A stretch of 45,595 nt of DNA from an uncultured virus (IMG/VR IMGVR_UViG_3300028903_000203). Taxonomy: Duplodnaviria; Heunggongvirae; Uroviricota; Caudoviricetes. The notes beneath the pieces are model-generated. The model was given only the letters and a program-made list of their open reading frames with translations, made no database searches and was not told the origin of the DNA. Numbering within the stretch: the first letter of the stretch is position 1; each line of letters starts with the position of its first letter. Made by a program: the position numbers and the translations under genes. Positions 33,253 to 42,260 of the stretch are shown in pieces. The stretch lies in IMG/VR virus record IMGVR_UViG_3300028903_000203; one strand, given 5' to 3'.

Positions 33253-34923
33253 ATGAGCTGTAAGGACTACTGGGAACAGGTTGTCGCGGGAAAGCTATCC
33301 AGCCCCACCCGGATCGCTACCGGCCAGGTAGACGGGGGCCTGCGCTGTGTCTGGCCGGGTTGCACGGCGCTGGTCAACCACGGCACAGGCTACTGCATGC
33401 AGGGCCACCGGCAAGAGGCCCAGGAATCGCGGGCAGAGCGTTCTCCGGGCACGCCCGAGGAATTGCACGGCTTGCTGTGTGCCTACAATGAGCTGAGGGT
33501 CAAAGACGTTGGGGTAGAGGCGGCAGTAGAGTTTTTGGGTTACGGCTATGAGTATACAGCCCAAGAGGGGTGGACTCACGGAATCGCGGCGGTACGCAGG
33601 CTGATGGCGTTCTTTGCCGCCTTGCCGCCAGGGGCCGGCGGAAAAGCGGCGGGGGAGTGGTCCAACGACCCCCGCGTGCGAGCGGCGCAGATGCTTCTCG
33701 AGCGCGTGGACAGGGAGGAGAAACGGCGCGTGGTCACCCTGGAGTACCCGGACAAGGAGCAATCACCAGGACGCTGGACCCGGGACGTGGCCCGCAGCTT
33801 GCGGGCGTTGACCGGCCGGCAGTTTACCGTGCGCGCCGGGGAGAGGCCCTATCACCGCATGCTCGAGATTCGCCCCGCCAACGGCCGGCAGTTCTCCCAG
33901 GAAGAATGGCGCAGCCTGGCGCGGGCCGGGCTGGTGGCAGCGGATTCTCCGCGCGAGGACGTCCTGCGGTTTCTCCAGCCGGCCCACTTTGGTCTGCATC
34001 TGCGGGCGATGGTGGCCGCACGAGCGGTGGGCACCCGGCTGGGGGAGCTGAGCGGCGGGGCCAACTGCGTCGCCTGGCCGCAGCACAACGGGGAGTGGCT
34101 GCTTATCAACGCCTGGGGGCCCGATGCGCAAGACGCGCTGCGGGGGCTGGGCGTGCCGCTGTATAAGCAGGAGGGCGAATGCCGCGCCTGGATTGCTCCA
34201 GACGTCGCCCTACAGTGGGCCGCCGCGTTTGACGCGGCGGTGGCCGTGGGTCGCGCCCTGCGTTTTGACCAGGAGAACCGGGCCGATGCGGAAACCCCCG
34301 CAGTCACCGTGGCTATCCAGTGGCCGTATGGCTTGCGCCTGCAAGGGGATGTCCCGGTCAAGCGCGTGTCGGCGGGCAAGACCGCAGAAGAGATTGCCCG
34401 CGCCAAGGTCGCGCGGGCCGATAAAGGCCACCTGGCCCCAGAAAGCATCGAGATTCTGAGTGTTCCGGCGGTGCTCCAAGCTGGGCCGCCCCGCTGCCCG
34501 CATTGCGGGCAGGAAGCGGCTGTCGGGCAGCACCACTGTACCTTACGCCCCGAGGCCGCTCACGCGGCGGCAGAATACCTGACGATGCGGGCCAAGATGA
34601 GAGGGGTCGTTGTGCAAGACCTGCGCTGGGTTAGCGACCCGCGCGGTGGGGTACACTATGTGCTCGGCGGAGTGGATGCAGACACCGGCCAGACGGTGGT
34701 GGAGCAAGGGGCGATTCGGGCCGACGGCTATCCGACCCCGACGCGAGCGCGGCGCTATGCTCCGCGCTCAGCCCAGTATGCACACGTTCTTGCTGGGCTG
34801 CGTGGGATCGGAATGCGCATCGGAAGCAATGTGTTGCCACCTCTGGACAAGCCCACGGGGGACGAAAACCACTGGCGGCCGGTGGAAGAGCCGCCCCAGA
34901 GTGAGTCTGGGACAGAGGGGTAG
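33253..34923 (+). CDS. MSC-leader family protein 15 (subtype A), unknown multidomain C-terminus
   Basis: AGGAG RBS; MSCKDYWEQVVAGKL..QVDGGLRC..GC..LVN..C..GH; NDPRVRAAQM; CPHCGQ..HHC. Confidence 0.85.
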   Translation: MSCKDYWEQVVAGKLSSPTRIATGQVDGGLRCVWPGCTALVNHGTGYCMQGHRQEAQESRAERSPGTPEELHGLLCAYNELRVKDVGVEAAVEFLGYGYEYTAQEGWTHGIAAVRRLMAFFAALPPGAGGKAAGEWSNDPRVRAAQMLLERVDREEKRRVVTLEYPDKEQSPGRWTRDVARSLRALTGRQFTVRAGERPYHRMLEIRPANGRQFSQEEWRSLARAGLVAADSPREDVLRFLQPAHFGLHLRAMVAARAVGTRLGELSGGANCVAWPQHNGEWLLINAWGPDAQDALRGLGVPLYKQEGECRAWIAPDVALQWAAAFDAAVAVGRALRFDQENRADAETPAVTVAIQWPYGLRLQGDVPVKRVSAGKTAEEIARAKVARADKGHLAPESIEILSVPAVLQAGPPRCPHCGQEAAVGQHHCTLRPEAAHAAAEYLTMRAKMRGVVVQDLRWVSDPRGGVHYVLGGVDADTGQTVVEQGAIRADGYPTPTRARRYAPRSAQYAHVLAGLRGIGMRIGSNVLPPLDKPTGDENHWRPVEEPPQSESGTEG

Positions 34924-34933
34924 GCTGGCCCGT

Positions 34934-34965
34934 AATGGTTTACTGCGATGTAGGAGCAAAGCATA
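34934..34965. repeat. 32-bp imperfect palindrome, copy 4
   Basis: AATGGTTTACTGCGA-TG-TAGGAGCAAAGCATA, 10 nt after the last gene of array 2. Confidence 0.75.
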
Positions 34966-34997
34966 CCAGCGAGCAAAGCGTGAGTAGGAGGTGGGCG

Positions 34998-35663
34998 ATG
35001 GGGCGATGTCCAGGGTGTCAAACCGAGCTCCTGTCGACCGGCGAAGTGGCCGGTCGGCTCACCGTGGTTTCCGGTCGGGTGCGCAATATCCTGGGAGCGC
35101 ACCCCGGCCGGTTGCAAGGGGCCCGGGTCGGCTGGGCCTGGCTCGTGCCGCAGCCCGGCGTAGAGGGCTATGTCAGCCAGCCTCCAGGGGTACACGTGGA
35201 TGGTAACGGCGTGGCCCCGGTGGCGGGGGCTTGCCCAGTCTGTGGGGAAGCTCTGCTCTCACCCCAGCAAGCAGCTCGGGAGATCGGGGTCCATTCTAGC
35301 CGGGTGTACGCGGTGTTGAAGGAGTCCCCTGACCAGCTCCTGGCTTTCCACGTTGGGGAGCGCTGGGTAGTGCCCCAACGAGGAGTGCAGCACTATATCG
35401 CCGAGAAAAAGCGCCGGGCGGCTCAACGGAAGCAGGAGCGTCTCCGGGGGGCGGTGCAGGAGCTGCTGGCCGCGCGCCAGGAGCAGGACGCCCTGCCTGA
35501 TGCGGTGAAGGTTGAAGTGCGCTTCCGGCAGGCGACCTGCAACTGCGGCGCGGTGCAGGACAAGAAAACGGGGAAGAAGTTTCCCCACCGGCCGGGCGGA
35601 GGCCGGTGCAAGGCGGACCCCATGCAGGGCGCGGCCATCGTGGATGTCAGACTGGTAGAGTGA
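34998..35663 (+). CDS. Tandem (CxxC + excisionase/MerR-type HTH) DNA-binding protein
   Basis: CPGC..LLSTGEVAGRL..RVGWAWLVP and CPVC..LLSPQQAAREIGVHSSRVY..VGERWVVP; AGGAGG RBS. Confidence 0.75.
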   Translation: MGRCPGCQTELLSTGEVAGRLTVVSGRVRNILGAHPGRLQGARVGWAWLVPQPGVEGYVSQPPGVHVDGNGVAPVAGACPVCGEALLSPQQAAREIGVHSSRVYAVLKESPDQLLAFHVGERWVVPQRGVQHYIAEKKRRAAQRKQERLRGAVQELLAARQEQDALPDAVKVEVRFRQATCNCGAVQDKKTGKKFPHRPGGGRCKADPMQGAAIVDVRLVE

Positions 35664-35665
35664 TT

Positions 35666-35688
35666 CAACTTCAAAATCTTTGAAGTTG
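35666..35688. promoter_or_regulatory. AT-rich palindrome upstream of ParB-MTase 1
   Basis: CAACTTCAAA-ATC-TTTGAAGTTG. Confidence 0.4.
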
Positions 35689-35699
35689 TGAGGCAGTAT

Positions 35700-38300
35700 A
35701 TGCCCATTGTAAAGACTTTGGCCCGCGCCGAGATCGTCGTAAGCTGGGCCCTCAACATTCGGGCCGGGCTGGACCAGCCGACCGTGCTGGTCTACAAGGA
35801 TTGCTACGACCTGCTCCCCCCGGTGGACGTCTACCTGGTGGACGGGCAGTATTACCTGACGGACGGCTTCCACCGCATGGCGGCGGCCGACCTGTTGGAG
35901 CGGGCAAGCATCGTGGCGCGGGTGTTCACCGGCACGATGGCCGAGGCGCAAGAGGCGGCGCTCCTGGCCAACCTCAACCACGGTCTGCACCTCACGGCCG
36001 AGGAGCGCAAGCAGGCGGCGCGCCGGCTGCTCATTCTGCACCCCACCTGGGCCAACAACCGGCTCTCGCGCGCCTTGCGCGGCTCGCCGACCGCTCCCAC
36101 TATCGCGGCCTTGCGGCGCGAGCTGGAGGCCGCGGGCGAGATCGAGGTGCAGGAGTTTCTGGAAGGGGATGATGGCAAGGCGCGCCCGCAGCACTACGTG
36201 ACCTCTCCGCCAGACCGAGTTGAACCATTGGCCGCCCGAGAGTCTGCGGCCCCCGCCCGGCGGGATAGCCCCGGGGCGGAGCGGGCGCGGGCCATTCCGG
36301 ACGGGGATGAGGAAACTGGGGGAGCCGAGGGCCCTACCCAGGAGCCGGGTCCGGCCGCGCCGGGGGAGGAAACGCTGGCAGACGAGCAGAATGAAGACGT
36401 CCTGCCCGCCGGCCTAACCGCGCCAACGTTTCCGGTGGTCGTAGTGCGCGGCAACGGCCAGCGGTGGGAGCTGTGCCGCCAGCGGATTGAGGACTGGGCG
36501 GCCGAGCACCACGGGGAACGTTACCACGCCTTCATCAGCGATATGCCCTACCATCTCCAGGATGTTCGTAACGGCTCGCAGCGCCAACCGGGGACCGGGC
36601 CCTTTGGCCGGCACACCGTCGGCACCCGGGGGTTCATGCAGCAAGACTGGGATGGCGGCGACCTGGCCTTTCGCCCTGAAACATGGCAGATGGCTGCCGA
36701 ACAGCTCTATCCCGGGGCCTTTCTCATCGTCTATGCCGCGCCGCGCAATGAGGACCTGGTGGCCACGGCCATGCGCGAGGCGGGCCTGGTCTTGCACCCC
36801 ACCATCTACGACTGGGCGGCGGGGGAAGTGCTCGACATTCCCGACATCCTGGTGTGGCTGACCGGCCAGGGCATGCCCAAGGGCTCCAGCGTCGCCAAGC
36901 GGCTGGACCAGGCGCTGGGAGTTGAGGGCGAGGTCTTGGGGCCAGTGGTGGATGTGGATGGGCGCTCGCGGCAGGTGGGGCAGAGCTACCAGCTCGGGCA
37001 AAGTGGGTTCACCGCCGCCGGGGAGAAGCCTCTTGCTACGGCCCCAGGAAGCTTTCTGGCGCAAGCCTTTGACGGCCACCGGCATGGCCTGCAATCACTG
37101 CGGCCCAACGCCGAGCGCATCATTATTGCCCAGAAGCCGCCGGACGGCACGCACATGGAAAGCATCACCATGTACGGCACGGGCACCTATGGGATCGACC
37201 GCGTGCGCATCGCCGGACCGAAAGGCAGCGGTGTCTGGGGATCGCGGCAGGAAGCCTGTCAAAGCACGTTCAATGCGTCTCCCGGCAACACGACGTACCG
37301 CTCGGCGCAGCATCCAGCCGGCCGCGTGCCTTCAAACTTTATCGTGACGCACACGCCGAAATGCCAGCCAGCCGGTGAAGCTCAGATAACGCCGTTGGAT
37401 GGCCCCCGCCGGACCGCCGTACAGCAGCAGGCGGATGGGCTGATCCCCTTTTCCCGGAAGCCGGTGGGCTACCAGAAAACTGGCTACACGGATGCGGACG
37501 GCACGGAAACTATCAGCACATGGGCCTGCCTGTGCACGTGCCTAGTTTGTGGAGCGGAGTGGATCACGGAGGGCCGCAGGCCGTGCCCCGAGTGTGGCAG
37601 CGGGCAGGTGGAGTGGCTGTGTCCGGCCAAGCGACTGGACGAGCAGAGCGGCAACCGGCCCACGGGGAAGTGGTGCCGCCATACCGATACGGCCCACCCT
37701 TTCGGCGGAGCGGCCGGCGTGCCCTACGAGGAATGGCAACAGGTGGAAGAGCCGGCCGGCGGCGCATCCCGTTACTACTTCAATGCCCACTGGCTTATGG
37801 AGGTCCAAGAAGCGGGGTTCTGGTGGGAAGTGGCCCAACGGTTAGCCACGCTTGACCAGGTGTTGTATACTCCGAAGGCCGCGGCTGGGGAGCGCGATGC
37901 CGGCCTGCGGGGGCATGTGCCGTGCGTGGTGTGCGGCCAACTGGACACACGCTACCACCTGGACGAGCAGGGCCACAAGGTGCGCTGCCGGCGCAACCGC
38001 CACCCCACGGTCAAACCCTTGAGTCTATCGCTGCAAATGGCAACGATGGTCCTGCCACCGCCGATGTATGAGCCGCGGTTGCTCAACTGGTGTGCTGGCA
38101 GTGGGACCGAGGCTATCGCGGGGGTGCTGGCGGGCTATGCCCACGTAACCGCCGTGGAAATGGGCCTGCGCAACTGTGTCGAGGCTGACCTGCGCCTGCG
38201 CTACTGGACGGAGTGGGCCAGCAGCGCGCCCGAGGGCCGGCCTTTCGCGTACCTCGCCCAGCGGCTAGCCTGGTTGCAGGAGTTAGTCGCCGCAGAATAG
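35700..38300 (+). CDS. ParB-like N-terminal domain fused to N4/N6 DNA methyltransferase, copy 1
   Basis: PPVDV..YYLTDGFHRMAA (ParB/Srx); SDMPY (DPPY-like); GFMQQDWDG; HPTVKP; NWCAGSGT. Confidence 0.85.
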   Translation: MPIVKTLARAEIVVSWALNIRAGLDQPTVLVYKDCYDLLPPVDVYLVDGQYYLTDGFHRMAAADLLERASIVARVFTGTMAEAQEAALLANLNHGLHLTAEERKQAARRLLILHPTWANNRLSRALRGSPTAPTIAALRRELEAAGEIEVQEFLEGDDGKARPQHYVTSPPDRVEPLAARESAAPARRDSPGAERARAIPDGDEETGGAEGPTQEPGPAAPGEETLADEQNEDVLPAGLTAPTFPVVVVRGNGQRWELCRQRIEDWAAEHHGERYHAFISDMPYHLQDVRNGSQRQPGTGPFGRHTVGTRGFMQQDWDGGDLAFRPETWQMAAEQLYPGAFLIVYAAPRNEDLVATAMREAGLVLHPTIYDWAAGEVLDIPDILVWLTGQGMPKGSSVAKRLDQALGVEGEVLGPVVDVDGRSRQVGQSYQLGQSGFTAAGEKPLATAPGSFLAQAFDGHRHGLQSLRPNAERIIIAQKPPDGTHMESITMYGTGTYGIDRVRIAGPKGSGVWGSRQEACQSTFNASPGNTTYRSAQHPAGRVPSNFIVTHTPKCQPAGEAQITPLDGPRRTAVQQQADGLIPFSRKPVGYQKTGYTDADGTETISTWACLCTCLVCGAEWITEGRRPCPECGSGQVEWLCPAKRLDEQSGNRPTGKWCRHTDTAHPFGGAAGVPYEEWQQVEEPAGGASRYYFNAHWLMEVQEAGFWWEVAQRLATLDQVLYTPKAAAGERDAGLRGHVPCVVCGQLDTRYHLDEQGHKVRCRRNRHPTVKPLSLSLQMATMVLPPPMYEPRLLNWCAGSGTEAIAGVLAGYAHVTAVEMGLRNCVEADLRLRYWTEWASSAPEGRPFAYLAQRLAWLQELVAAE
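35721..36211 (+). repeat. 491-bp direct repeat, copy 1 (ParB-like domain)
   Basis: Appears identical to 38370-38860; translations match in several frames. Confidence 0.9.
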
Positions 38301-38348
38301 TCGAGGGACCACCTCTTTGTCAGGGCTTACCGAGTCAAAGGAGTGATT

Positions 38349-41003
38349 ATGCCGGTCATCAAGACCCTCGCCCGCGCCGAGATCGTCGTAAGCTGGGCCC
38401 TCAACATTCGGGCCGGGCTGGACCAGCCGACCGTGCTGGTCTACAAGGATTGCTACGACCTGCTCCCCCCGGTGGACGTCTACCTGGTGGACGGGCAGTA
38501 TTACCTGACGGACGGCTTCCACCGCATGGCGGCGGCCGACCTGTTGGAGCGGGCAAGCATCGTGGCGCGGGTGTTCACCGGCACGATGGCCGAGGCGCAA
38601 GAGGCGGCGCTCCTGGCCAACCTCAACCACGGTCTGCACCTCACGGCCGAGGAGCGCAAGCAGGCGGCGCGCCGGCTGCTCATTCTGCACCCCACCTGGG
38701 CCAACAACCGGCTCTCGCGCGCCTTGCGCGGCTCGCCGACCGCTCCCACTATCGCGGCCTTGCGGCGCGAGCTGGAGGCCGCGGGCGAGATCGAGGTGCA
38801 GGAGTTTCTGGAAGGGGATGATGGCAAGGCGCGCCCGCAGCACTACGTGACCTCTCCGCCTGGGGCCATGGCGGTAGGGGGTGAGGCGGCTGTGGCCGGT
38901 GGGGACCAGATGGAGATGGGGCCGGTGCAAGCCCCGTTACCGTTTCCTGCCGTGGTTGAGGACGGGCCCCCTCCCGCTGGCGGAGTAGCCGCGCTGTGGG
39001 CGACATTGGCGGAGGAGGAGGAAGCGGAGGAAGTCGACGGGGAGGACGAATCTGGTGGTGGGGAAGAGGTAGGCGCGGTCGCGGAGCCGGGCGCACCAGC
39101 CGGGGCAACGGCGACGTTTGCCCCCGTCACGATCACCCGGGCGACCACGGGACAGCGCCTGCGCGTTATCTGCCAAGACCTCTTTGCCTGGGCAGATGAG
39201 TACGCGGGGGAGCCCTTTCAGGTGTTGTTCGGCGACTTTCCCTACCATCTACAGAGTCCGCTGTCGCACTCGGGCACGCAGCCGGCCCCAACCGCCCCCA
39301 ATGGCCGTTTTGGCCGGTACAATCCGGGTGGGGTGTCCGGGCGGGGCTTTATGGGCCAGGACTGGGATGGCGGCGACCTGGCCTTCCGGCCCGAGACCTG
39401 GGAAGCGGCCACCCGGCATCTTTATCCGGGAGCCTTTGTCGTGGTCTACGCTGCCCCCCGGAATGACGACCTGGTGCGAGTAGCGATGCGCGAGGCAGGG
39501 TTGATCGTCTATCCCACGTTCTACAACCTGCGCACGGCGGCGGTAGTGGATGTGCCCGGGATGCTCTTGTGGCTCTCCGCCTCGGGCATGCCCAAGGCCG
39601 CCCGCATTGACAAAGCGGTGGACGCGCGAGCCGGCATCGAGCGCGCCGTGGTCGGGGAACGGGCCGTCGATGTGGGGATTCAAAGTGGCAGCCTGCATGC
39701 CGGCCGCGTCTCCGAGCTCGAGATGCGCGATGTGACGGCCCCCGCCACCTACATGGCCCAAGCCTTGGCCGGACACCGCTACGGGCTACAGCCGCTGAAG
39801 TCGGCAGCGGAGGTCCTGGTTATCGCCCAGAAGCCCCCGGAGAACCGCCGCCTAGATGAGATCGTCGCCACCGGCGCAGGGGCGCTCAACATCGAGGGCG
39901 CCCGGCTCCCAACGGGCGACAACCTGAACGGGGGTGCTTATGCCCAGGATGGCACGGCACGCCAAGATGGCTGGCACTTCCAACGGGGCGGGGCGGGCGA
40001 GTACGAGCAGCCCGATGGTCGCTGGCCCACGCCAGTCATAGTGACGCACTTGCCAGAGTGTATGCCCATGGGCGTGACCCGCATACCGGGCATCACGGGC
40101 ACCAAGAATGGAAGCTGGCGGCGCGGGCACCAATACTCCGGTGGGTGGAGCGGGTGTGCGGAGGAGGAACTGGGGTCTCGCGTGGGGTATGCGAATGAGG
40201 ATGGCACGGAGAGTGTCACCGCCTGGGCCTGCGTGCGCCTCTGTTTGGAGTGTGGCACGGAGTGGCTGACGGAAGGAGTCCGGCCCTGTCCCCAGTGCGG
40301 GAGCGACCACGGCGAGTGGCTCTGTCCGGTACGCCGGCTCGACGAGCAGAGCGGGGAGCTGGTCAGCGGCGGGGGGCCGGCCGAGGGGACGACCCGTACC
40401 AAGAATATGATCTATGGCCAATGGCCTACGGCGAGCAAGCCCCATACGGGGCCGTCGCGCGGCGGGGCGTCCCGCTTCTACTTCCAGGGCCACTGGGGCT
40501 ACGAAGTGGAGGAGGAGACTTTCTGGTGGGCGGCGGCCACCAGGCTGGCCGAAGTAGACCCGATGTTTTATGCTCCCAAGGCCCCGGTCAAGGAACGCGA
40601 CGCGGGGCTGTTGGGCCAGTTCCCTTGCTTGCGTTGCGGTGGATTGAACACAGTGTACCACTTGGACGAGCGGGGACAGCGGGTACGCTGCCGCCGGAAC
40701 GGTCATCCCACGGTCAAGCCGCTGAGCGTCGATCTCTACATCGCCGCCTTGCTCTGCCCCCCAGCCATTTACCAGCCGCGGATGCTGAACTTGTGCGCGG
40801 GCACAGGGACGGAGGCTATTGCCGGTGTCTTGGCGGGCTTCCAGGAGGTGACGTCCGTGGAGCTGAAAGAGGCGCATTGTGCCCAGGTCGAGGCGCGGGG
40901 CCGCTACTGGATGGAGTGGGCGGGGCTTTCGCCGGAGGAGCAAGCACGAGAGTTTCCCAAGGTGGCCCGCTTGCTGCGCCAACTACAGGAGTTGTCCGGG
41001 TAG
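38349..41003 (+). CDS. ParB-like N-terminal domain fused to N4/N6 DNA methyltransferase, copy 2
   Basis: Same ParB domain; GDFPY; GFMGQDWDG; GRWP; HPTVKP; NLCAGTGT. Confidence 0.85.
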   Translation: MPVIKTLARAEIVVSWALNIRAGLDQPTVLVYKDCYDLLPPVDVYLVDGQYYLTDGFHRMAAADLLERASIVARVFTGTMAEAQEAALLANLNHGLHLTAEERKQAARRLLILHPTWANNRLSRALRGSPTAPTIAALRRELEAAGEIEVQEFLEGDDGKARPQHYVTSPPGAMAVGGEAAVAGGDQMEMGPVQAPLPFPAVVEDGPPPAGGVAALWATLAEEEEAEEVDGEDESGGGEEVGAVAEPGAPAGATATFAPVTITRATTGQRLRVICQDLFAWADEYAGEPFQVLFGDFPYHLQSPLSHSGTQPAPTAPNGRFGRYNPGGVSGRGFMGQDWDGGDLAFRPETWEAATRHLYPGAFVVVYAAPRNDDLVRVAMREAGLIVYPTFYNLRTAAVVDVPGMLLWLSASGMPKAARIDKAVDARAGIERAVVGERAVDVGIQSGSLHAGRVSELEMRDVTAPATYMAQALAGHRYGLQPLKSAAEVLVIAQKPPENRRLDEIVATGAGALNIEGARLPTGDNLNGGAYAQDGTARQDGWHFQRGGAGEYEQPDGRWPTPVIVTHLPECMPMGVTRIPGITGTKNGSWRRGHQYSGGWSGCAEEELGSRVGYANEDGTESVTAWACVRLCLECGTEWLTEGVRPCPQCGSDHGEWLCPVRRLDEQSGELVSGGGPAEGTTRTKNMIYGQWPTASKPHTGPSRGGASRFYFQGHWGYEVEEETFWWAAATRLAEVDPMFYAPKAPVKERDAGLLGQFPCLRCGGLNTVYHLDERGQRVRCRRNGHPTVKPLSVDLYIAALLCPPAIYQPRMLNLCAGTGTEAIAGVLAGFQEVTSVELKEAHCAQVEARGRYWMEWAGLSPEEQAREFPKVARLLRQLQELSG
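38370..38860 (+). repeat. 491-bp direct repeat, copy 2
   Basis: Offset of 2649 bp from copy 1 at both ends. Confidence 0.9.
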
Positions 41004-41099
41004 TCAGCAAACCGGCGCGAACTTGCGCCGGGCTCGTTTGTGTGGTAAACTTACGACAGCCAGTAGTACACGAATCCAGAAGACCACAAGGAGACCCTG

Positions 41100-41675
41100 A
41101 TGCCCACCTCTGCTGCGCCCAAGATGCTTCTGCCCCTGGCGTTTCGGCTGGTCCTCGTCGCTCTGTTACTCGTGGTGTCGCTGCTGGGAGTGTGCGCTAA
41201 CCCCGTGCAGACGCTGGTGGCCCAATATGTCTTGCTCGCCATTGTGGCGGTGGGGCCGCCCGCGCTGTACTATGGTCTGCAACACCGTTGGCCGCAGTAC
41301 CAGGGCCGGTGGAGGCTGCTTGTCGGGGGACTCGACCTGGTGTTATTGACGCTGCTGAACTATGTCTCCCTCCAGCATCAAGGGGTGCCGCTGTACTTCC
41401 CACTCTACTTGGTGGTGGTGGGGGAGGGCGTCTGGTGGTGGGGGTGGAAAGGCGGGATCGGGTGGGGCGCAGCCGGAAGCGCGCTCTTGGCGTTGCTCTG
41501 TGCTAGCGCCAGCTTGCAAGCGCCGCTCGCTAGCGCCTTGGCTGCCGCGCTGCTGATACTGGGCTGGGCAGCATTGTTTGCGGTGGTTATGCCGCTCCCG
41601 AGACAAGTTGGCTGGCGGCACCAGGGGAAACGCTCGGACCCGGCTTCCCTTTGGTCTGGTCAAAGCCCGCGCTGA
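41100..41675 (+). CDS. Integral membrane protein (5-6 TM), resembling a sensor-kinase membrane domain
   Basis: Several hydrophobic stretches; DLVLLTLL..GVPLYFPLYLVVV. Confidence 0.65.
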   Translation: MPTSAAPKMLLPLAFRLVLVALLLVVSLLGVCANPVQTLVAQYVLLAIVAVGPPALYYGLQHRWPQYQGRWRLLVGGLDLVLLTLLNYVSLQHQGVPLYFPLYLVVVGEGVWWWGWKGGIGWGAAGSALLALLCASASLQAPLASALAAALLILGWAALFAVVMPLPRQVGWRHQGKRSDPASLWSGQSPR

Positions 41676-41761
41676 GGTTCTGGTGGTGCCCCGCGACCGC
41701 CCTTGTTGGGGAATGTCTGCAACAAGGGCGGTCGCGGCATGCTCTGGCCTGGGTGCGGTTC

Positions 41762-42169
41762 CTACTGCAAGTCGGGCGGAAGCGGGGCGTGGATCGACAG
41801 ATCGGCTTGCCCGCCCGCGACCCTAACGAGGTGCCGGCCCTCGATGGTCACGTGTGCGCCCTCCTGCAACTCCATGCGCCACTTCTTGATAGGGACCCGG
41901 TAGGTGTAGTCCGTGCCCGCCGCGGGGAGCTGGGCCTCGATGAACCTGGGCGCGATGGACTCCGCCAGCTTGCCGGCCCAGTCCTGGGCGGGCAGCTTGG
42001 CGACTTCCTCGATGCGCAAGGTCAGGGTGTGGAAGCGCTCGCCCTTGATGATCTTGAGCACTTCACAAGTGAGTTTGGCGGGGATGCCGAACTTCCACTT
42101 CGCCACCCACACGGCCAGTCCGATGAGCACCAGCACCACAACGCCTGCGAAAATCTGGTTCCCACTCAT
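41762..42169 (-). CDS. Single-TM membrane-anchored hypothetical protein
   Basis: GGAGGAGG RBS; IFAGVVVLVLIGLAVWVA. Confidence 0.7.
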   Translation of the reverse strand: MSGNQIFAGVVVLVLIGLAVWVAKWKFGIPAKLTCEVLKIIKGERFHTLTLRIEEVAKLPAQDWAGKLAESIAPRFIEAQLPAAGTDYTYRVPIKKWRMELQEGAHVTIEGRHLVRVAGGQADLSIHAPLPPDLQ

Positions 42170-42260
42170 GTTGCCTCCTCCTGTGTCTGCTTGGGGACGG
42201 CCCAACCGTCCCACAATCGTCTGCCTACCTACTATAATACACGAAACGTGCTGCTCGGTG

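Noticed and set aside
665..34923. MSC leaders as lipoprotein signal peptides or RiPP leaders
   Set aside because: No hydrophobic h-region precedes Cys3, the bodies are hundreds of residues long, and no RiPP maturases are nearby.
605..34965. Palindromes as integron attC sites
   Set aside because: There is not one per gene, no clear RYYYAAC/GTTRRRY ends, and no integrase in the window.
35721..38860. 491-bp repeat as a DGR template/variable repeat or an IS
   Set aside because: The copies look identical with no adenine-specific differences, both are in-frame ParB coding sequence, and no reverse transcriptase or transposase is present.
41005..41040. c-di-GMP-I riboswitch-like GCAAACC..hairpin
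   Set aside because: It lacks the GAAA tetraloop and the downstream GCAAAGC/P3 elements; more likely a simple hairpin.
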